A stretch of 62,990 nt of DNA, counting the filler, from Octopus bimaculoides (Eukaryota), in NCBI RefSeq assembly GCF_001194135.2. It is 3 parts of 2 records of this genome, joined end to end, with 100 filler letters (N's around TTAATTAATTAA, not from the genome) between each part and the next. Parts side by side here need not be neighbours in the genome. Positions count along the whole stretch, not along the records: positions 30,309 to 59,317 come from NC_068986.1; 2 more parts are not named here. One strand, 5' to 3'. The translations under genes were made by a program, and so were the position numbers. The notes under the pieces were generated by a model. It ran no database searches. It was given only the letters and a program-made list of their open reading frames with translations, and was not told where the DNA came from. This document shows, in pieces, positions 38,484 to 52,876 of this stretch (its first letter is position 1; each line of letters opens with the position of its first letter).

Positions 38484-38519
<36 letters not shown>

Positions 38520-38529
38520 GGGAGAATGT

Positions 38530-38690
38530 ACGAAAAAACAACAACAGACGAGGACAGGTGGTGTAAATAACAAAAGGATGTATTAGTATGACGCTCGGGA
38601 ATACGGAAAGTCTTTGCCGTTTCGAGCTACGCTCTTCAACAGAAAGAATACGGAGACAAGGAGAAAAACACGGAGAAAAAAAATGAATAG
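38530..38690 (-). mobile_element. Penelope-like terminal-repeat fragment with hammerhead-like motif, copy 1
   Basis: Minus strand CTTT-CTGTTGA-A-GAGC-GTA-GCTC-GAAAC-GGC-AAAG at about 38612-38646; homologous to 40545-40690 and 42965-43090. Confidence 0.55.
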
Positions 38691-39035
38691 TGTTCAGTCA
38701 ACCATCAATCATACACGTTTTCGTTGTTATTCTTCGATGTTGCTTAGGCCACTCAGATTGAACCTGATCAATGAGAATTATCAAACAGAACAATCTACCC
38801 GTGACCACATCTATTTATGAACCCCAGTTGCCAATGCCTTCTGTCCTTATTTAAGGCTGAAAAGAGAGGGCTGAAAGAAATTTAACTCCTATTATTATTA
38901 GGTCGAGCAATGGTATGGAATTTCTCTCATTGTTTTTGTTAAATTTCAAATCTGCTCCGATTCAACGGATTTCTTATCAAAGGCATTCTAGCTGTGATCA
39001 CGTCATCTTTCCAGACAATGTATACGAGACCACAT

Positions 39036-39182
39036 CAGTGATGGGGAAATTGCGGCCCGCGGGACTTTTTGAATGGCACGCCTAACGAAAAACTATCTTG
39101 AATTCTTTTTAGTAGTGCAGTTCGCCCGATGATTGGCTATGTCACTCGCAGCCCGCTTCAAGAGAAATGTTGCCCGTGCCTG
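39036..39182. mobile_element. hAT-like MITE
   Basis: Left end cagtgatggggaaattgcggcccgcggg and right end gcagcccgc...aaatgttgcccgtgcctg are imperfect TIRs of the CAG(T/G)GxTGGGCAA type; no clean 8-bp TSD. Confidence 0.55.
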
Positions 39183-39799
39183 GTTACATTACCCAGTACG
39201 TTCCTGCTTTATTTAGAGAGTAGTGTGCACGGGCCCACGCAACTATTGCCCCTTTAATCTCTTGGGAGATCTTTGAGATTGTTATTTTCTCATATAAAGT
39301 AATCAACTGTAACGTAAGAATTTAGAAACAGCGTTCTGTTCTTTCTTCAAGAATACAAGTTCATTCCTAATTTCTTCCAGGTAGCCCGTGCCCTAACTCT
39401 AACCCTAATCTTAACCATTATTCCAAGCTCTTTAAAATTTCATTTTCATAGTGTCCCAAATGTGTAATAGCCTTAGCGTTTGAACTAAGGACCGACATTC
39501 TTTCTTCGAAAACCTAAGTTCTGATCTGATTTTAAACAGGTAGGTCGATATAACCTGTCATTCCATAACAACGGATATGAAGCTGAAAGTGTATTTTGGG
39601 GTGTAATATTTGCAAACTTCTCATCGCTGTTTCATAGATGTTTTCTTTCTTTATATTTTTTTTACCACATTCACCGAAAGTGGGCAGCATGATTTCATTT
39701 TGTGAATCCAAACAACAATATCAGATTGATTGTGTTCTAATTTTGGCTATTGTTTTTTTGTGTTTTTTTTTTAGTTCTGCCAATAAGACGCATTGATTA

Positions 39800-39965
39800 C
39801 ATCCTCGGCCATTCTCTAAGAAGGTTTACTGGCAGAATGCTTAGCGGCCTTAAGCTCTGAGTTGAAATTCGCCTTCAATCTCCATCCTTTCGGGATCCAT
39901 AAAATAAAGCACTAATCCTGGGATCAATGTAATCGACTAACTTCGACACTTAAAACTGCTTTTCT
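39800..39965 (+). mobile_element. SINE family A copy (decayed)
   Basis: ggcagaatgcttagcgg...ctgagttgaaattcgcc...catcctttcggg. Confidence 0.7.
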
Positions 39966-40544
39966 TGTGTCAAAATTTGAAAGAGATTTTGGCCTTTCAG
40001 TTTCTTCAAATCATTTTACCGTTCTNNNNNNNNNNNNNNNNNNNNNNNNNNNNNNNNNNNNNNNNNNNNNNNNNNNNNNNNNNNNNNNNNNNNNNNNNNN
40101 NNNNNNNNNNNNNNNNNNNNNNNNNNNNNNNNNNNNNNNNNNNNNNNNNNNNNNNNNNNNNNNNNNNNNNNNNNNNNNNNNNNNNNNNNNNNNNNNNNNN
40201 NNNNNNNNNNNNNNNNNNNNNNNNNNNNNNNNNNNNNNNNNNNNNNNNNNNNNNNNNNNNNNNNNNNNNNNNNNNNNNNNNNNNNNNNNNNNNNNNNNNN
40301 NNNNNNNNNNNNNNNNNNNNNNNNNNNNNNNNNNNNNNNNNNNNNNNNNNNNNNNNNNNNNNNNNNNNNNNNNNNNNNNNNNNNNNNNNNNNNATATATA
40401 TATGTATGTATGTATGTGTGTGTGTGTATGTGTTTATATGTATAGGATGAAATCAGTAATGACATTGTAAGATAAATGTATGTGTGCGTGTTTGTGTGTG
40501 GGTGTATATATATATATATATATAAATATATATATATATAGTTC

Positions 40545-40690
40545 AAATTTACAGAAAACAGAAGACGAAGACAGGTGTAGGAACAACAAGCAAGTCAATT
40601 AGTTTAACGCTCGAGAAAAAGGGAAAAGTCTTTTACGTTTCGAGCCTGCGCTCTTTGACAAAAAGGATTAAGAGGGAAAAAATGGAGAGA
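40545..40690 (-). mobile_element. Penelope-like terminal-repeat fragment with hammerhead-like motif, copy 2
   Basis: acgtttcgagcctgcgctctttgacaaaaag at 40635-40665; flanked by microsatellites. Confidence 0.55.
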
Positions 40691-41588
40691 GAAAAATGGA
40701 GAGAGAAAAAAGGAGAGAGAAAAACTATCAGAATTATGTATGTATGTATGTATGTATGTATGTATGTATGTATGTATGTATGTATGTATGTGAAGCCGTG
40801 AACCTATATAAACATAGCTACGTTGAGTAAACATCTGTTTCAGTCTGCTGATAAAACGAATATCCGTTTATTATTTTTCTTTCTGAGGTGTGTTTTGTAC
40901 ATGTATCTTATCTAGTAAAAAGATAAGTGTGTCCAGTCTAAAAATATATATGTATTATATAACATTACGTACCCCTTGGTTTGCCTTCAGGTCATTCCGT
41001 TAATATCATGCATATATATATATATATATATGTANNNNNNNNNNNNNNNNNNNNNNNNNNNNNNNNNNNNNNNNNNNNNNNNNNNNNNNNNNNNNNNNNN
41101 NNNNNNNNNNNNNNNNNNNNNNNNNNNNNNNNNNTATATGGTTACATACGCACATACGTTTTGTACAAGCACACACACGCACACACATAAACGTTCTCAT
41201 ACGAACTAAGGAGAGTCTCCCTCGCAGTAAAACGATCTGCTAGTATTAAAACGCAGTCTTTCTTGAATTACACAATATCTCAATTAAAAATAAGGACGAA
41301 CTCTTTGGATAATGTGACCCTCGATACATTGTGCAATAAAAAACCGGATGGAATCAGCTTAGACGTCGTTGATTATAAGTTTATAGCAATCAGGATTGAA
41401 AGAAAACAAAGTAGGAACTGCATACCTTCATACACCCACTTTTATACACATACACAGATGTACCCTGACTCTCGCAAGCACACACACACACACACACACA
41501 CACACAGTCTTTCATACCACATATATTCTCTCCTTTTCTCTATTTTTCTTTCTTCCTCTCCCTCCCTCTTTCTGTTTATTTCTGTCTG

Positions 41589-41689
<101 letters not shown>

Positions 41690-42920
41690 TAAATGAGGGT
41701 AGAAATTGATATCAATCAACATCAATTTAAACCAGTGGTCTAGCAAATTCAAAAAAAAAATCTGAAGATTTAAAAATTATATATAATTGTATCTATCTAT
41801 CTATCTATCTATCTATATGTCTATCTGTCTATTTATCTATTTATTTAACTTTATCATTCTCTCATATACAGACACAGTCCTTCACACACAAATACCAAGC
41901 ATTCTCTCCCTTTCTATGCCATACACAGAGACATACAATCTTTCTCACAATGAGAGTGGGGTAGAAGAACACAGACACACACTACATACATACATATTCA
42001 CAAACACACTCACAAACTAACTGAATTAACAAGACCCAGCACACTTTACGACAGTTAAACGTTCAGTTGATAGACATCTTCCTCACCTTCCATCATCTGC
42101 ACTGACTAACCAATGACAGAGCTGCAATACAGGGGTTGGAAATGTTTGAAATACCAGCCAAATCTCCCTAAAATTACACCCTACCGTCTTAAAGAAGAGT
42201 TGGATAATAGGGTCCAGGTTTTATAGATACAAACCAAAAGACGTGATTGTTCAGCACGGACGGAATTTCGGTGGCGATTGCAGGTCTGCATAACTTAAAC
42301 TGACCTACAACTATAACAGTGCAATACTGCAAGCCAAAGAGATCGACCATACGGCTGTCCATCATGCTAAAAATAGCTGTCAAATCTCTCTTTCTAATTA
42401 TACCTTGATTTCTTGTGAGAAAGAAAAAAAGGTGAAGGAAGATATGAAGAACGGGGAGGAATAGTTCCTCTGTCTTAAGTGATGGTTACGGCGAGAGTGT
42501 CTATGATCAGTAGGTTTCATATTTCAGGGCTGTTCTGGAGCCAAACAACGGCAACAAACATAATTTCATCATCATCATCATCATCATCAACAACAACAAC
42601 AGCACAACAACATCAACAACAATTACGACATGTCCGACGACCAGAAGAACGACACTGTAACTCGTCTTGTCAGTCACTTCGTATCTTTGCTCATCAACAC
42701 ACACACAAACACTCGCATTCACAAGAGCGGCGATTGTTGTCAGCAGCCGTAAGTGGGCGTGGCAATGACTACAGACGAATCGAGCAGCAGCATTGACTGG
42801 TATTTATTTCTCTTTCAATGCCGAATGCACACACACAGACACATATACATGCATAATACATACATAAATGTGTGTGTATGCGTTTATAATTTACATATGT
42901 ATTTATATATGTATATATGA

Positions 42921-42964
<44 letters not shown>

Positions 42965-42968
<4 letters not shown>

Positions 42969-43090
42969 GTATTAGTTTAACGCTCGGGAAGTGAAAAAGT
43001 CTTTAACGTTTCGAGCCTACGTTCTTCCAGAGAAAGGAACACAGAAAGAAACAAGGAGAGAAAATAAAGAATGTGTAGTGGCGAGGGGCT
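42965..43090 (-). mobile_element. Penelope-like terminal-repeat fragment with hammerhead-like motif, copy 3
   Basis: acgtttcgagcctacgttcttccagagaaagg from 43006. Confidence 0.55.
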
Positions 43091-43377
43091 GCGTCTGCAA
43101 AGGTTACAATCTTAAGGGAAAAGTTGAAAGGAGAGGAATTAATGTAATATGATGTACACGAGTGGGTGCAAACGAGAGACTGCCTAGGTGGTCCCTCGGC
43201 AGCTACAAATGACAGCAATTTCTTCTCATCACTACTTTCACCAACACCATTGAATCACGCCCTACGGTTTCTCCTTCAATAAGAATGGATTGGACACGAT
43301 CAATTCTGAAACCTCTTGATCTTGATAATTCATGGTTCTACACCATCAACCTGACCTGGGACCTGAACTACTACTAC

Positions 43378-43412
<35 letters not shown>

Positions 43413-43960
43413 TCCACACTGCATGTGTTGTAATATTTTGCTCCACAATTGTCTCCTGTTTCAGTAACAGTCTGCTTATGATCATCCAAGTATACATACA
43501 TACCTATGTAGATATATATATATATATATATATANNNNNNNNNNNNNNNNNNNNNNNNNNNNNNNNNNNNNNNNNNNNNNNNNNNNNNNNNNNNNNNNNN
43601 NNNNNNNNNNNNNNNNNNNNNNNNNNNNNNNNNNNNNNNNNNNNNNNNNNNNNNNNNNNNNNNNNNNNNNNNNNNNNNNNNNNNNNNNNNNNNNNNNNNN
43701 NNNNNNNNNNNNNNNNNNNNNNNNNNNNNNNNNNNNNNNNNNNNNNNNNNNNNNNNNNNNNNNNNNNNNNNNNNNNNNNNNNNNNNNNNNNNNNNNNNNN
43801 NNNNNNNNNNNNNNNNNNNNNNNNNNNNNNNNNNNNNNNNNNNNNNNNNNNNNNNNNNNNNNNNNNNNNNNNNNNNNNNNNNNNNNNNNATGTATGTATA
43901 TATATATATATATATATAATTATAGATAGATGGACACAACACATAGATACTGTATATATG

Positions 43961-44029
<69 letters not shown>

Positions 44030-44192
44030 AACCACATGGTTCCGGGGATGGTTCCACTGCGTGACACTTTTGGCAAGTGTCATTTACTATAGCCTCGGAC
44101 CAACCAAACCCGTGTGAGTGTTTATGGTTCACGAAAAATAACAGAAGTCGTCGTATACACTGTAAATACATGCATACATATATATACATACA

Positions 44193-44241
<49 letters not shown>

Positions 44242-44821
44242 GCTTGTATGCATGTATATATATATATATACATATGTGTGTATGTCTTAGTATCTGTGTT
44301 TGTCCCCCCCCCCAACACCGCTTGACAACCGATGTTGTTGTGTTTACATCCCCGTAACTTAGTATTTCGGCAAGAAAGTCTGAAAGTATACCAGGATTTA
44401 GACAAAAATAAGTACTAGGAACGATTTATTCCACTAGAAATTCTTCAAGTCAGTGCTCCAGAATGGCAGCAGCCTCACGACTGAAACAAGAATAACACAC
44501 ACACACACACACACACACGTTATTTGGCAGCTATAATACACATGCATAGTCTCGCACGCAGACACACGCACGCACACATGCACACACGCACAAAAAATGA
44601 ACACACGTACTCCAATAACTCAGTGTATTTTTAACTCAGAATAGTCACAAACTCTATTTTTATGCTATTTGTAAGAGAAGGCTTGGCGGTTAATTAACAG
44701 GGGTAATTAGCACGATTATGGTGCAACCGCAACTAAATTCTATTTATAAGAATGAGGATGAAAGTAAAAAGAACTAAATCAAAAACAATATTTATTTATT
44801 ATTTAATTATTATTATTATTA

Positions 44822-45292
44822 TTTTATGTTTGACTTTTGTTTTGCATTTGTACAAGTTGGATCCAAGTCTCACCCAGAGACCTCAAGAGACAACAAGTTA
44901 GAAGTTCATGTAGGTGTTATGCCTAGGGTACCATATATTTGGATTTGTACAGTTGTGTTCAAGTGAATGTTTAAGAAACCATAAGAAAATTATGTGTTTG
45001 CTTTAAAATTTGAGATCACATAGACAGGATATGGGCAGTTCCCATGAGCACTATCTTTTGAACTTCAGCCATTTTGGGGTTTCCTGGTATCTGAGCTAGG
45101 TAGTAATCAGCCCGTTTCGCTGTCATTCCCAGGGCACCTATGACAATAGGTATTGTTTTCGTCTTCAGATTCCACATTTTGCTAATTTCTATTTCAAGAT
45201 CTTTATATTTGCTCAGTTTTTGGTAGGTCTTGACAGATACGTTTATATCGATTGGGACAGTCATTACGTTTATATCGATTGGGACAGTCATT
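44822..45292 (-). mobile_element. 5'-truncated R4/Dong-like LINE: restriction-like endonuclease C-terminus, 3' UTR and (TAA)n tail
   Basis: VPIDINVSVKTYQKLSKYKDLEIEISKMWNLKTKTIPIVIGALG...VQKIVLMGTAHIL is the RLE C-terminal signature; (TAA)n tail at about 44795-44822. Confidence 0.88.
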
Positions 45293-45319
45293 TATCATCA
45301 TCATCATCATCATCATTTA

Positions 45320-45680
45320 GGTGTTGTGCTGGCAGAGCCGTTAGCACGCCGGCAAAATGCTTAGCGGCACTACGTTCGTTCTTACGTTGAGCTCGAATTC
45401 CGCGGAGATCGATTTTGCCTTTCATCCCTTTGGGGATCGATGAAATAAGTACCAGTTACACACTGGGGTTGATGTAATCGACAAACTCTCTCCCCTAAAA
45501 GATTATCGTTATTATTAAAAGCGGGACGAAAGACTTAGCGACACTTCGTCTGTCTTTGTGTTCTGAGTTTAAATTCCGTCGAGGTCGATAAAATGAGTAC
45601 CAGTTGAACACTGGGGACAATGTAATCAACTTATCCCCTACCCCGAACTTGCTGGCCATCTGCCAAAATTTTGAAACCAT
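45320..45680 (+). mobile_element. Two tandem SINE family A copies
   Basis: ctggcagagccgttagcacgccggc...ggggttgatgtaatcgac, followed by a second partial copy ending in (ATT)n. Confidence 0.8.
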
Positions 45681-47532
45681 TATTATTATTATTATTATTA
45701 TTATTATCATCATTAATACCTTAAGTATTATTAATATTACAACTGTTATTATTGCCACCATAAAAATGGTGAGCTGATAGAATTGTCAGTGCATCGAACT
45801 AAATGCTAAGCAGCATTTATTTTGGTTCTTTGTATTCAAAGTTCAAAAACAAATCCGTTCCTTCTCCAAATTTTCAGGCTCTGTGTTTATGCTTATAGTA
45901 CAAAATTATTATTATTATTATTATTACCATTACAACAAAAAAAAATTACGTAGTTATTGCTTTGTTTTAGACGAAGTTCCAAATTTCACCCAGAGATCTA
46001 TCATGTTGGACACTTTACTATTTATGATTAGCAGCGATAAATCATAAGTGAAAGGGAACAGCCTCTGAGAATTGAGATTCTGTTAAATTAGTAATGATTT
46101 TATTATAAAAGACTTTTAAGAGAATCCGGTATTTTCAAAGTGACAATGTTTTTTCTTAGGATGTGGACACTAGCCATGGGGGACAATTTTTGGTAGATCT
46201 GATATTTTTAGGTTTCCTGATTTTCGGTTACAATGTTTAAGAGTACCATTTGGTATTATCCGCAAAGCTCCAATGACCAGGTGCAGTAGTTATTCTTAGA
46301 TGCCTCATTTTCAATCCTTTATTATTATCATTATTATCATTATAAATAAAAATAAAACAACAAAAAGCAACAAATAAGAGTATATGTGTGTGTGTGTATA
46401 TATATATATTTATATTTACACACACATACATATACATCTGTATACTCATATACTCACACACGCACGCACGCACACACATACATACACACGCACACACACA
46501 CACACGCACGCACACACACACGTATGCTATAATTTAGAACAAACAGTAAAAAGCTGTCATTATAGTACTCGGAGTTTCGAATGCCGGAGCAAGTATCGAG
46601 GTCGCATTCTTTTGTTGTAACTTATCATCATTATCATTATTATTATGGTATCTTTTAAATTTGAAACGTTTTGAAAATGCAAATAAAGCTCCTATTTCAT
46701 TATGCCGGCCACAGTCTAATGATGCTGAATGGTTAAACAGTTTCTCGGGATGGATCGAACTGTAGCGATATAATATAGGATAAATATAGTGATAATAACA
46801 ATAACCCTTGGATGGAATTTATAAATATTCTAATACATCGCTACGCGCATTTCCATAAATCACATGTCTCTCAAGATCACAGTCAGTATTCTTGGAACGA
46901 TTACAGTTTAGTCCGTAGCATCCGTGGGCATTGGGTAGATCATCTTACTGGATTCGTTTCTTCAGGCGATTTAACATTAATGGATGTTTACTAGAGGAAT
47001 GTTTATCCCTTCTGACCAGTGTGAAAGTTGGTTGGGTTATGTGGGTATTTCTGTGTGTATTTTGTAGGGTGGGGAGGAGAGGAAAGTGAGGGAAAGAGAG
47101 GAAGGAATGGTAGTTCTATGGGGATGGAGGTGTGTGTGGTGATGTTGCACTTATTTTGTTGTTCAGTCTGCAGATGTCAAGGATGGGTCATACATTCCTA
47201 TGTTCGAGTTCATCTAAGGCATGACTATCTACAATGAATTCTGAAGTAAACAGGTCAGCCGGTATATCTACTACAGCCATCAGACAATGAACTGCTACAG
47301 CTGTGTATGTGCGCGCGTGTGTTTTCGAATGGTTACGAAGTTCGCTTCTCAATCAATAGGTACTGGCTTTGATCGTTCTCTATGTCATTGTGAGCAAGTG
47401 TGCATTGCCATAGCTCCTCGATGATCTTAAACGTTGTGAATGAAATTATGTAGATGGAAACTGAGCGGAAACCTTTCGTATAGATTGTATAATTAATCTA
47501 AAGATCCAATCTTGCATACACACACACACACG

Positions 47533-47564
<32 letters not shown>

Positions 47565-47710
47565 TTGTGACACACTAATTCTGCTTGATAGCTACGTTAA
47601 GTGTAAACACGTCCGTGAAATACTCAGCCACTTATACGCTAATTCAAGGAGCAGATAATTCAGTTGAGCGTACAACTGCATCCTCATCGAAGGAACCGAA
47701 AGGGATGTGG

Positions 47711-47744
<34 letters not shown>

Positions 47745-48329
47745 TATCAATTAATTCATTTAAATCATACTAATATAAAAGCTGTGTTTACTTAATTCAT
47801 CAGAAATAAGTTTTTTTTAGACCAGCTACGATGCTCTGATTGATATAACACATAACATTCCTCATGATTTGGGTAAACAGTTTATAAATTAATCCAATTT
47901 AATTACGTATCACACTTATATAATTATATATTTTGTAATGTTTATCTTATTGAAACAGCTGTTGAACACAAAGTATGAACCGTATGTTTTACCGAATTTT
48001 GCATATCCATACATGTTAGATTTTCTGTAATGTAATAACATGTCGGAGTTTTAATGACCTGTTATTAATTGAGCTCTTAAATACCGTGGATTTTTCTTTT
48101 TTTTTTTTTTTTGCTTGTACATCAAAATTCTCTGTATGGACACACACACACACATACACACGCACACACACGCAGACACACACACACGCACACATACACA
48201 CACACACCTGCACATGCATACACGCACACTTCTAGATGAAGTGAAAAATTGTTTTTTAAATGTGTAGACCAGAATCAAGACGTCCCCTCACTCAATCATT
48301 GATAAGTTGCTTGCACTAAGATTCCACTT

Positions 48330-50122
48330 ACGAAACTCATCATTAAAAATAATCGAAATATTTGCGAAGAAGACAATATCCGTAAGTATCTCAGGAAACA
48401 ATGATATCTTATACAAAATTTACAAAAAACTACCGTGGCGTCCTGAAAGTGTTTGAATCCATTGCAGCGAACATGGAATAAAGTATCCGTAATACAGAAT
48501 TTGTGATGCTTAACAGAGATTCCAAGGATTCCCAGCTTACCTTAAGCATGATCAGCTGATTTGTGTGGTTGAATTTTTAATACAGTGCCTTGGATCAATA
48601 TTCATGCGATTTACCACTAAAGAATTCACAATCACCTAACAGGCACTGGAGATGGACATCATGGTGGGATGTACCATTTCTCTAACCGTCTGTATGGCCA
48701 TGGAGTTATTTGTCTGGGGTACAAGAAACAACTTGAAAGGAATGAAAATCACGTAATATCTAAAACTACAGATACCATTGCTTGCTTTTATAAATGGCAT
48801 TTCTACCATAGGGAAAAAAAGGAAAAGAACAGAAAATCTTCCAACCCGACTGGATGACCTATACTGTTTGTCCATAACACTGAATTGGAGGGTTAGGTTA
48901 AGGAATTTCCTTTTGAAATTGGAGAGGAACTAATTCCAACGACGCGGGAAAGGTAATAAGAATTCTTGTGTAAGAGTACTGGGCTAAATTCTGAAATTAA
49001 CCCTTGATAGCATTTAAAATAGAATTTCTACTCAAGGACTCTTATTGCTGACTACGGTTTAGCAAGGGTGTTTAAGCCCTTTTTGTCGACGTTCTTATTG
49101 CTATTCAAAGAGCAGAAAATACTATTAATTAGAGTGGATAGAATAGAAACGTGTTTTAACAAGTACCTACAAGAGAAACCTGATCATCTACCATGCTCTA
49201 CAGAAATTCGAGTATCAACACAGAACTGCCTGTAACATCACTGGTGGAGGAATTGAAAATAGTAACAGCCCGCTAAAGCATGATTCTAAGGAATTCGGTG
49301 TAACCCATTTTTGTGCAACCCAGCCAATAGTAAAACAGGAAGGAATTAGGGCGTGGGAAAGTTTGTTGTCGTGACAGAAGCTACCCGGAAAATAAAACGT
49401 GAACCAGCTCACATTGGCTGGACTAGGACGGATGCAGAACACATGAATGTCTCACCAGAATAATGAATACAGATGCGATATTGTGATTAAAGAAATTCAT
49501 CTTATTGGAAAGAATGGAGACATGACTTACGCAGCAGGATTACGAAGACAATGCGCATAAGTATGAGATACGGATGTGTAAAGGAAACTATTGTGGCACA
49601 TGGCGTGGGAAATATAACCAACTGATAATTGCGATTCTGCATGAGAGCAGTGGATGACCAATGGTAAACGGTGAGACTAGAGTAACACTGCTCATTGCCA
49701 TTGGTATAGAGGTTATAATTGTTGGAGCTTATTCAAGTAGAATGTAAAATAGCTCTTTGCAGTTCATGGCTGGCGACATAACAAAATCTCTAATACCTTT
49801 GGTGATGTTCTAAAACACAGAAAAATCATTAGCAACAATAAAACGAGAAGCAACACCAAGTTTATTCCCGTTGTTTTCCACAAGAAGGGCGAGAATCGAC
49901 AATTTAAGAGAGTAAACAAAGGAAAACCGATATTCAGTTTTATTGAAGGATTTGAAGGAAGTGCACGTGTTCCCAGTGTGTGCTTCAGTAACGTCCTCGA
50001 ATTGTGATATCGACAGACTTTACAAATAAAAAAGACCTCAATATAGAGTTGATGACGATGTGGGTGGATAATATGGAGCAGACACAAAAAAAGGAGTTGG
50101 GGAGGGGCTAAAATATGAAGTA
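48330..50122 (+). mobile_element. Decayed Hero-like (R2 superfamily, RLE) non-LTR retrotransposon: RT, thumb and endonuclease
   Basis: Motifs in order across broken frames: IFMRFTTKEFT..LEMDIMVGCTIS..MAME, PLLAFINGISTI (cf. PPLRAFMDD), RLDDL, FEIGEELIPT, ALY..ELPVTSLVEELKIVTAR, QPIVK, AGLG, WRHNKI, RPRIVI..IELMTMWVDNME..KYE (cf. RPDIV..IELTVPWE..KY). Not visible in the ORF track. Confidence 0.8.
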
Positions 50123-50124
50123 GG

Positions 50125-51445
50125 GGCTTCATTTATGCTAATCTCTTTTCTATCTCTGTATCTTTATTGTATCTTAACATTGTTCTTTATATTTCGTCCA
50201 GCAATCTGTCCTGTTTGTGCTACATATTCCTCTCTCTCCTCCTCAATCTCTCCTTCCACTCATCATACTTCTCCTCTCTCGCTCTTTGCTCTTCAGTTTT
50301 CTTTTTCTTCCTGCTTGTTGTTGGCTCTGGTTCCTGCGTTCGAATCTCCATACTCTCTTTTCCCATATAACTTGTTTCTTTGTCTCCGCTTTTTTTTTTC
50401 TTGGGACTCTTTGGCGGAGACTCCACTATCGTTCTTTTCCTGTCTGTCGCAGCTTCCTCCTCCTTTTCCTTCTCCGCTTCTACCACCATCGCTTCTGCTA
50501 CCTCCATCTGCCCTTGTTTCTGGAGACACCTTGCTTGCATGTGTCCCCTTTCTCTGCAGTTGTAGCATATTGGCGGTCTCCCCTCTACCACGACTCATAG
50601 TCGGGTCTCATCAGGGAGCACCAACTCCTCCGCCATCTTATGTACATCTGGCAGGGTTATGTGTATCAAAGCTTCGAGACCATAACCCCACCAGTTGATC
50701 TCCTTCGACTTCTCCACCTTTATTATATCCACCTCCTCCTCGCAGTTGTAGATGATGGCTGCCACCAGCCATGCTTCATCAATCTCTGGAGGCACTCTCC
50801 CTATCCTAACTCTTACGGCACGTCTCCCGCAGTAGGTCGGTAAGAGTGCCCACTTTGTTGATCTCAAAGACCTCGTGGCGTACCTTTTTGCCTCCTCCTC
50901 GTTAACGAAGCGCACCTCCACCGTGCCGTACTTCCTTCCTCTCGAGCAAAATCTTGTTACTGCTTTAATCTCTTGTAAACATTCTTCAATTTCTTCGATT
51001 TCCGCTACTTCAATCTTTTTCGTTTCTGTGTTAAATGTTCGGTAAACTATTCTTTTTTTTTTATCCGCTCTTTGTAACACGTCGGCCGATGGTGTTAAGC
51101 GGAGGCAATCTCTCTCCTTCACAATTAGTCCATTGTATTCCTTAAAATCTCTTCCTTCCGTCTCAACTTCCCTTAGCTGCAACATGTTGGGTGTCGGACT
51201 TTTGCCCGCCACCGCAGCATAGCTGCCAGCTTCCATGCCCAACAATGGGTAGAAAAAATAAATTCAACAATAGTTCAATCAAAAACTCAACGACAATATC
51301 AACAATTTCAATAACAGTTTCAAAAATCAATTTTCACAACTCACCGCTCTTTGACCTCTACTCAGCCACTACGACGTCTAGACTTCTCCCTCTATATCGA
51401 CGCACTGGGCTAGCTTACTTCATCGTTTGGGGGCGTCGACACGAC
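50125..51445 (-). mobile_element. 5' part of an L1/Tx1-clade LINE: 5' UTR and ORF1 (gag-like, CCHC zinc knuckle); ORF2 absent
   Basis: ATG at 51236 (MEAGSYAAVAGK...). One in-frame TGA at 50595-50597 (ETRL*VVVEGRPPICYNCRERGHMQARC) splits the ORF, followed by a Lys/Glu-rich tail. CX2CX4HX4C knuckle and YAAV N-terminus are typical of Tx1 ORF1. Confidence 0.82.
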
Positions 51446-51602
51446 ATATGCATATATATTTATACCCATTCTCTTATACAATACATATATATGTATATAT
51501 ATATATATGTATGTACATATCTATATCTGTGTGAGTGTGTCTGTGTGTGTATGTATATATATTTGTGTGTGTGCGCGTGTGTAATTGTGTGTGTGTGTAT
51601 GG

Positions 51603-51643
<41 letters not shown>

Positions 51644-51879
51644 TGTACGACATTTTGCAAACGAAGAGCATCGATAGTAATCTATACACGGTGTAGACTG
51701 TATAAACGGATATATTTAAATTGAAATATTCATTGCGATACGAGTGCCAAGTTCCTCTGCAAAAGAGGACAAACGGGAAAAGGAGCGAATCCCACTTTAC
51801 AAGAAATAAATACATAGAAATAAGTACGTGCATGTGTGCGTGTGCGCGTGAGTATAATTATTAATTGCGTGTGTATGCG

Positions 51880-52876
<997 letters not shown>

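Noticed and set aside
49860-49890. KFIPVVFH resembling a Polinton B-type polymerase motif (PVVFHNL)
   Set aside because: The surrounding motifs place it within the Hero-like LINE, between WRHN and the RLE.
50135-50698. Plus-strand 187-aa and 127-aa Ser/Leu/Pro-rich ORFs
   Set aside because: Antisense shadows of the purine-rich Tx1-like ORF1.
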